64,000 bases of DNA from Auanema rhodensis (taxonomy: Eukaryota; Animalia; Nematoda), in NCBI GenBank assembly GCA_964057225.1, contig OZ059894.1, forward strand, positions 22,754,001 through 22,818,000, read 5' to 3'. Positions 55,401 to 64,000 of the stretch are shown piece by piece (position 1 is the stretch's first letter; the number at the start of each line of letters is the position of its first letter). The notes below the pieces were generated by a model. It ran no database searches, was not told the DNA's origin, and saw only the letters and a list, made by a program, of their open reading frames with translations. The translations under genes were made by a program, and so were the position numbers.

Positions 55401-58400
55401 AATCGAGGATATAAGTGTGAACTTATATCAGTTGATATCTCGGTGCATTTTTAAGCTAGCGCAAATCTGATAACACAGATCGACGCAGCTTAAAAATCCG
55501 CATCGAATGCACTATACTACATTAAGAAACGCTTAATACAAAAATTAGTTATGATCGTTTGAAAAATGATGCATTAGTGTATGTTGAGTTTCCATGTACA
55601 CTCAACATTGCTTCCAAAAACATTTTGACAAAAATTTTTTCGAAAAATTTCAGAATAATTTAGCAAAAAGTAGATGTTTTTAGATTCCATTTTTCAAGGC
55701 AAAGACGATGGACAATGTTATTCAACGAAAAAATCAATTCTTCAGGGTGAAAATCGAGGATATAAGTGTGAACTTATATCAGTTGATATCTCGGTGCATT
55801 TTTAAGCTAGCGCAAATCTGATAACACAGATCGACGCAGCTTAAAAATCCGCATCGAATGCACTATACTACATTGAGAAACGATTAATACAAAAAATAGT
55901 TATGATCGTTTGAAAAATGATGCATTAGTGTATGTTGAGTTTCCATGTACACTCAACATTGCTTCCAAAAACATTTTGACAAAAATTTTTTCGAAAAATT
56001 TCAGAATAATTTAGCGAAAAGTAGATGTTTTTAGATTCCATTTTTCAAGGCAAAGACGATGGACAATGTTATTCAACGAAAAAATCAATTCTTCAGGGTG
56101 AAAATCGAGGATATAAGTGTGAACTTATATCAGTTGATATCTCGGTGCATTTTTAAGCTAGCGCAAATCTGATAACACAGATCGACGCAGCTTAAAAATC
56201 CGCATCGAATGCACTATACTACATTAAGAAACGCTTATTACAAAAATTAGTTATGATCGTTTGAAAAATGATGCATTAGTGTATGTTGAGTTTCCATGTA
56301 CACTCAACATTGCTTCCAAAAACATTTTGACAAAAATTTTTTCGAAAAATTTCAGAATAATTCAGCAAAAAGTAGATGATTTTAGATTCCATTTTTCAAG
56401 GCAAAGGCGATGGACAATGTTATTCAACGAAAAAATCAATTCTTCAGGGTGAAAATCGAGGATATAAGTGTGAACTTATATCAGTTGATATCTCGGTGCA
56501 TTTTTAAGCTAGCGCAAATCTGATAACACAGATCGACGCAGCTTAAAAATCCGCATCGCATGCACTATACTACATTGAGAAACGATTAATACAAAAAATA
56601 GTTATGATCGTTTGAAAAATGATGCATTAGTGTATGTTGAGTTTCCATGTACACTCAACATTGCTTCCAAAAACATTTTGACAAAAATTTTTTCGAAAAA
56701 TTTCTGAATAATTTAGCAAAAAGTAGATGTTTTTAGATTCCATTTTTCAAGGCAAAGACGATGGACAATGTTATTCAACGAAAAAATCAATTCTTCAGGG
56801 TGAAAATCGAGGATATAAGTGTGAACTTATATCAGTTGATATCTCGGTGCATTTTTAAGCTAGCGCAAATCTGATAACACAGATCGACGCAGCTTAACAA
56901 TCCGCATCGAATGCACTATACTACATTGAAAAACGCTTAATACAAAAATTAGTTATGATCGTTTGAAAAATGATGCATTAGTGTATGTTGAGTTTCCATG
57001 TACACTCAACATTGCTTCCAAAAACATTTTGACAAAAATTTTTTCGAAAAATTTCAGAATAATTTAGCAAAAAGTAGATGTTTTTAGATTCCATTTTTCA
57101 AGGCAAAGACGATGGACAATGTTATTCAACGAAAAAATCAATTCTTCAGGGTGAAAATCGAGGATATAAGTGTGAACTTATATCAGGTGATATCTCGGTG
57201 CATTTTTAAGCTAGCGCAAATCTGATAACACAGATCGACGCAGCTTAAAAATCCGCATCGAATGCACTATACTACATTGAGAAACGATTAATACAAAAAA
57301 TAGTTATGATCGTTTGAAAAATGATGCATTAGTGTATGTTGAGTTTCCATGTACACTCAACATTGCTTCCAAAAACATTTTGACAAAAATTTTTTCGAAA
57401 AATTTCAGAATAATTTAGCGAAAAGTAGATGTTTTTAAATTCCATTTTTCAAGGCAAAGACGATGGACAATGTTATTCAACGAAAAAATCAATTCTTCAG
57501 GGTGAAAATCGAGGATATAAGTGTGAACTTATATCAGTTGATATCTCGGTGCATTTTTAAGCTAGCGCAAATCTGATAACACAGATCGACGCAGCTTAAA
57601 AATCCGCATCGAATGCACTATACTACATTAAGAAACGCTTAATACAAAAATTAGTTATGATCGTTTGAAAAATGATGCATTAGTGTATGTTGAGTTTCCA
57701 TGTACACTCAACATTGCTTCCAAAAACATTTTGACAAAAATTTTTTCGAAAAATTTCAGAATAATTCAGCAAAAAGTAGATGATTTTAGATTCCATTTTT
57801 CAAGGCAAAGACGATGGACAATGTTATTCAACGAAAAAATCAATTCTTCAGGGTGAAAATCGAGGATATAAGTGTGAACTTATATCAGTTGATATCTCGG
57901 TGCATTTTTAAGCTAGCGCAAATCTGATAACACAGATCGACGCAGCTTAAAAATCCGCATCGAATGCACTATACTACATTGAGAAACGATTAATACAAAA
58001 AATAGTTATGATCGTTTGAAAAATGATGCATTAGTGTATGTTGAGTTTCCATGTACACTCAACATTGCTTCCAAAAACATTTTGACAAAAATTTTTTCGA
58101 AAAATTTCAGAATAATTTAGCAAAAAGTAGATGTTTTTAGATTCCATTTTTCAAGGCAAAGACGATGGACAATGTTATTCAACGAAAAAATCAATTCTTC
58201 AGGGTGAAAATCGAGGATATAAGTGTGAACTTATATCAGTTGATATCTCGGTGCATTTTTAAGCTAGCGCAAATCTGATAACACAGATCGACGCAGCTTA
58301 AAAATCCGCATCGAATGCACTATACTACATTAAGAAACGCTTAATACAAAAATTAGTTATGATCGTTTGAAAAATGATGCATTAGTGTATGTTGAGTTTC

Positions 58401-61400
58401 CATGTACACTCAACATTGCTTCCAAAAACATTTTGACAAAAATTTTTTCGAAAAATTTCAGAATAATTCAGCAAAAAGTAGATGATTTTAGATTCCATTT
58501 TTCAAGGCAAAGACGATGGACAATGTTATTCAACGAAAAAATCAATTCTTCAGGGTGAAAATCGAGGATATAAGTGTGAACTTATATCAGTTGATATCTC
58601 GGTGCATTTTTAAGCTAGCGCAAATCTGATAACACAGATCGACGCAGCTTAAAAATCCGCATCGAATGCACTATACTACATTGAGAAACGATTAATACAA
58701 AAAATAGTTATGATCGTTTGAAAAATGATGCATTAGTGTATGTTGAGTTTCCATGTACACTCAACATTGCTTCCAAAAACATTTTGACAAAAATTTTTTC
58801 GAAAAATTTCAGAATAATTTAGCAAAAAGTAGATGTTTTTAGATTCCATTTTTCAAGGCAAAGACGATGGACAATGTTATTCAACGAAAAAATCAATTCT
58901 TCAGGGTGAAAATCGAGGATATAAGTGTGAACTTATATCAGTTGATATCTCGGTGCATTTTTAAGCTAGCGCAAATCTGATAACACAGATCGACGCAGCT
59001 TAAAAATCCGCATCGAATGCACTATACTACATTGAGAAACGATTAATACAAAAAATAGTTATGATCGTTTGAAAAATGATGCATTAGTGTATGTTGAGTT
59101 TCCATGTACACTCAACATTGCTTCCAAAAACATTTTGACAAAAATGTTTTCGAAAAATTTCAGAATAATTTAGCAAAAAGTAGATGTTTTTAGATTCCAT
59201 TTTTCAAGGCAAAGACGATGGACAATGTTATTCAACGAAAAAATCAATTCTTCAGGGTGAAAATCGAGGATATAAGTGTGAACTTATATCAGTTGATATC
59301 TCGGTGCATTTTTAAGCTAGCGCAAATCTGATAACACAGATCGACGCAGCTTAAAAATCCGCATCGAATGCACTATACTACATTAAGAAACGCTTAATAC
59401 AAAAATTAGTTATGATCGTTTGAAAAATGATGCATTAGTGTATGTTGAGTTTCCATGTACACTCAACATTGCTTCCAAAAACATTTTGACAAAAATTTTT
59501 TCGAAAAATTTCAGAATAATTCAGCAAAAAGTAGATGATTTTAGATTTCATTTTTCAAGGCAAAGACGATGAATAATGTTATTCAACGAAAAAATTAATT
59601 CTTCAGGGTGAAAATCGAGGATATAAGTGTGAACTTATATCAGTTGATATCTCGGTGCATTTTTAAGCTAGCGCAAATCTGATAACACAGATCGACGCAG
59701 CTTAAAAATCCGCATCGAATGCACTATACTACATTAAGAAACGCTTAATACAAAAATTAGTTATGATCGTTTGAAAAATGATGCATTAGTGTATGTTGAG
59801 TTTCCATGTACACTCAACATTGCTTCCAAAAACATTTTGACAAAAATTTTTTCGAAAAATTTCAGAATAATTTAGCAAAAAGTAGATGTTTTTAGATTCC
59901 ATTTTTCAAGGCAAAGACGATGGACAATGTTATTCAACGAAAAAATCAATTCTTCAGGGTGAAAATCGAGGATATAAGTGTGAACTTATATCAGTTGATA
60001 TCTCGGTGCATTTTTAAGCTAGCGCAAATCTGATAACACAGATCGACGCAGCTTAAAAATCCGCATCGAATGCACTATACTACATTGAGAAACGATTAAT
60101 ACAAAAAATAGTTATGATCGTTTGAAAAATGATGCATTAGTGTATGTTGAGTTTCCATGTACACTCAACATTGCTTCCAAAAACATTTTGACAAAAATGT
60201 TTTCGAAAAATTTCAGAATAATTTAGCAAAAAGTAGATGTTTTTAGATTCCATTTTTCAAGGCAAAGACGATGGACAATGTTATTCAACGAAAAAATCAA
60301 TTCTTCAGGGTGAAAATCGAGGATATAAGTGTGAACTTATATCAGTTGATATCTCGGTGCATTTTTAAGCTAGCGCAAATCTGATAACACAGATCGACGC
60401 AGCTTAAAAATCCGCATCGAATGCACTATACTACATTAAGAAACGCTTAATACAAAAATTAGTTATGATCGTTTGAAAAATGATGCATTAGTGTATGTTG
60501 AGTTTCCATGTACACTCAACATTGCTTCCAAAAACATTTTGACAAAAATTTTTTCGAAAAATTTCAGAATAATTCAGCAAAAAGTAGATGATTTTAGATT
60601 TCATTTTTCAAGGCAAAGACGATGAATAATGTTATTCAACGAAAAAATTAATTCTTCAGGGTGAAAATCGAGGATATAAGTGTGAACTTATATCAGTTGA
60701 TATCTCGGTGCATTTTTAAGCTAGCGCAAATCTGATAACACAGATCGACGCAGCTTAAAAATCCGCATCGAATGCACTATACTACATTAAGAAACGCTTA
60801 ATACAAAAATTAGTTATGATCGTTTGAAAAATGATGCATTAGTGTATGTTGAGTTTCCATGTACACTCAACATTGCTTCCAAAAACATTTTGACAAAAAT
60901 TTTTTCGAAAAATTTCAGAATAATTTAGCAAAAAGTAGATGTTTTTAGATTCCATTTTTCAAGGCAAAGACGATGGACAATGTTATTCAACGAAAAAATC
61001 AATTCTTCAGGGTGAAAATCGAGGATATAAGTGTGAACTTATATCAGTTGATATCTCGGTGCATTTTTAAGCTAGCGCAAATCTGATAACACAGATCGAC
61101 GCAGCTTAAAAATCCGCATCGAATGCACTATACTACATTGAGAAACGATTAATACAAAAAATAGTTATGATCGTTTGAAAAATGATGCATTAGTGTATGT
61201 TGAGTTTCCATGTACACTCAACATTGCTTCCAAAAACATTTTGACAAAAATTTTTTCGAAAAATTTCAGAATAATTTAGCAAAAAGTAGATGTTTTTAGA
61301 TTCCATTTTTCAAGGCAAAGACGATGGACAATGTTATTCAACGAAAAAATCAATTCTTCAGGGTGAAAATCGAGGATATAAGTGTGAACTTATATCAGTT

Positions 61401-62911
61401 GATATCTCGGTGCATTTTTAAGCTAGCGCAAATCTGATAACACAGATCGACGCAGCTTAAAAATCCGCATCGAATGCACTATACTACATTAAGAAACGCT
61501 TAATACAAAAATTAGTTATGATCGTTTGAAAAATGATGCATTAGTGTATGTTGAGTTTCCATGTACACTCAACATTGCTTCCAAAAACATTTTGACAAAA
61601 ATTTTTTCGAAAAATTTCAGAATAATTCAGCAAAAAGTAGATGATTTTAGATTCCATTTTTCAAGGCAAAGACGATGGACAATGTTATTCAACGAAAAAA
61701 TCAATTCTTCAGGGTGAAAATCGAGGATATAAGTGTGAACTTATATCAGTTGATATCTCGGTGCATTTTTAAGCTAGCGCAAATCTGATAACACAGATCG
61801 ACGTAGCTTAAAAATCCGCATCGAATGCACTATACTACATTGAGAAACGATTAATACAAAAAATAGTTATGATCGTTTGAAAAATGATGCATTAGTGTAT
61901 GTTGAGTTTCCATGTACACTCAACATTGCTTCCAAAAACATTTTGACAAAAATTTTTTCGAAAAATTTCAGAATAATTTAGCAAAAAGTAGATGTTTTTA
62001 GATTCCATTTTTCAAGGCAAAGACGATGGACAATGTTATTCAACGAAAAAATCAATTCTTCAGGGTGAAAATCGAGGATATAAGTGTGAACTTATATCAG
62101 TTGATATCTCGGTGCATTTTTAAGCTAGCGCAAATCTGATAACACAGATCGACGCAGCTTAAAAATCCGCATCGAATGCACTATACTACATTGAGAAACG
62201 ATTAATACAAAAAATAGTTATGATCGTTTGAAAAATGATGCATTAGTGTATGTTGAGTTTCCATGTACACTCAACATTGCTTCCAAAAACATTTTGACAA
62301 AAATGTTTTCGAAAAATTTCAGAATAATTTAGCAAAAAGTAGATGTTTTTAGATTCCATTTTTCAAGGCAAAGACGATGGACAATGTTATTCAACGAAAA
62401 AATCAATTCTTCAGGGTGAAAATCGAGGATATAAGTGTGAACTTATATCAGTTGATATCTCGGTGCATTTTTAAGCTAGCGCAAATCTGATAACACAGAT
62501 CGACGCAGCTTAAAAATCCGCATCGAATGCACTATACTACATTAAGAAACGCTTAATACAAAAATTAGTTATGATCGTTTGAAAAATGATGCATTAGTGT
62601 ATGTTGAGTTTCCATGTACACTCAACATTGCTTCCAAAAACATTTTGACAAAAATTTTTTCGAAAAATTTCAGAATAATTCAGCAAAAAGTAGATGATTT
62701 TAGATTTCATTTTTCAAGGCAAAGACGATGAATAATGTTATTCAACGAAAAAATTAATTCTTCAGGGTGAAAATCGAGGATATAAGTGTGAACTTATATC
62801 AGTTGATATCTCGGTGCATTTTTAAGCTAGCGCAAATCTGATAACACAGATCGACGCAGCTTAAAAATCCGCATCGAATGCACTATACTACATTAAGAAA
62901 CGCTTAATACA
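46416..62911. repeat. Large tandem block duplication: 23 monomers (46416-54487) and 24 monomers (54488-62911)
   Basis: Six private alleles (GCTTATTACA, AAAGGCGATG, CATCGCATG, TTCTGAATA, TCAGGTGATA, TTTTAAATTC) recur in the same order at +8072. GACGTAGC recurs at +8424 (53380 and 61804). Confidence 0.9.
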
Positions 62912-64000
62912 AAAATTAGTTATGATCGTTTGAAAAATGATGCATTAGTGTATGTTGAGTTTCCATGTACACTCAACATTGCTTCCAAAAACATTTTGAC
63001 AAAAATTTTTTCGAAAAATTTCAGAATAATTTAGCAAAAAGTAGATGTTTTTAGATTCCATTTTTCAAGGCAAAGACGATGGACAATGTTATTCAACGAA
63101 AAAATCAATTCTTCAGGGTGAAAATCGAGGATATAAGTGTGAACTTATATCAGTTGATATCTCGGTGCATTTTTAAGCTAGCGCAAATCTGATAACACAG
63201 ATCGACGCAGCTTAAAAATCCGCATCGAATGCACTATACTACATTAAGAAACGCTTAATACAAAAATTAGTTATGATCGTTTGAAAAATGATGCATTAGT
63301 GTATGTTGAGTTTCCATGTACACTCAACATTGCTTCCAAAAACATTTTGACAAAAATTTTTTCGAAAAATTTCAGAATAATTTAGCAAAAAGTAGATGTT
63401 TTTAGATTCCATTTTTCAAGGCAAAGACGATGGACAATGTTATTCAACGAAAAAATCAATTCTTCAGGGTGAAAATCGAGGATATAAGTGTGAACTTATA
63501 TCAGTTGATATCTCGGTGCATTTTTAAGCTAGCGCAAATCTGATAACACAGATCGACGCAGCTTAAAAATCCGCATCGAATGCACTATACTACATTAAGA
63601 AACGCTTAATACAAAAATTAGTTATGATCGTTTGAAAAATGATGCATTAGTGTATGTTGAGTTTCCATGTACACTCAACATTGCTTCCAAAAACATTTTG
63701 ACAAAAATTTTTTCGAAAAATTTCAGAATAATTCAGCAAAAAGTAGATGATTTTAGATTCCATTTTTCAAGGCAAAGACGATGGACAATGTTATTCAACG
63801 AAAAAATCAATTCTTCAGGGTGAAAATCGAGGATATAAGTGTGAACTTATATCAGTTGATATCTCGGTGCATTTTTAAGCTAGCGCAAATCTGATAACAC
63901 AGATCGACGCAGCTTAAAAATCCGCATCGAATGCACTATACTACATTGAGAAACGATTAATACAAAAAATAGTTATGATCGTTTGAAAAATGATGCATTA

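Larger units (their letters stand above)
1..64000. repeat. Tandem satellite DNA array, 351-bp monomer, 180 complete copies plus a partial copy, head-to-tail
   Basis: AAAATTAGTTATGATCGTTTG starts at 1 and 352, and the monomer start recurs every 351 bp from 7104 onward. The spacings of the repeated 63/68-aa ORFs are all multiples of 351 except one (3158, due to a 1-bp deletion). A hand count gives 112 G+C per 351 bp. Monomers differ by only a few substitutions. Confidence 0.99.

Noticed and set aside
13089-63823. Repeated 63-68 aa ORF (MKNDALVYVEF...) as a multicopy gene
   Set aside because: It starts at TTG, resembles no domain I recognise, and is open only where one substitution removes the TAG at offsets 121-123. 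Most monomers keep the stop and some gain another (TGG>TGA). It is a haplotype marker.
1-64000. Giant repetitive protein gene, since 351 bp equals 117 codons
   Set aside because: The ORF track shows nothing longer than 75 aa in any frame, so no frame stays open across a monomer.
1-64000. CRISPR array or other repeat-spacer/cassette system
   Set aside because: There are no unique spacers: the entire unit is repeated. No cas, integrase or reverse transcriptase gene is present.
1-64000. Assignment to a named satellite of similar length (Drosophila 359-bp, tenebrionid ~340-360-bp, chironomid telomeric ~350-bp repeats)
   Set aside because: Only the length and AT-richness are similar. I cannot confirm sequence homology without a database search.

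Overview
The whole 64-kb window is one head-to-tail tandem array (satellite DNA) of a 351-bp, ~32% GC monomer. It holds 180 complete monomers plus 36 bp of a 181st, all in one orientation, with no unique-sequence interruption and with both ends running off the window. I can support no protein-coding gene, RNA gene, CRISPR array or intact mobile element. The 40 short ORFs come from single-base variants that remove a stop codon in some monomers, and they are useful only as haplotype markers. The structure of interest lies in the repeat itself. (i) Five 508-bp monomers carry an identical 157-bp internal duplication that joins two monomer haplotypes through a junction resembling a templated insertion, and they form an 859-bp higher-order repeat. 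(ii) Recent block duplications of 1, 2, 3, 5, 6, 8 and 23/24 monomers are nested and can be partly ordered in time. (iii) Diagnostic alleles turn over from left to right along the array. (iv) Much of the monomer consists of inverted repeats, including a ~67-nt hairpin and a 9-bp stem with a GNRA-type loop. (v) A clustered triple substitution creates a perfect 14-bp palindrome. A eukaryotic (peri)centromeric or heterochromatic satellite from a host with little repeat CpG methylation is an inference; I cannot name the species or family. I found no convincing evidence of a new gene-based system. All variant calls were made by eye. 'Offset' means position within a monomer whose first base corresponds to window position 1.
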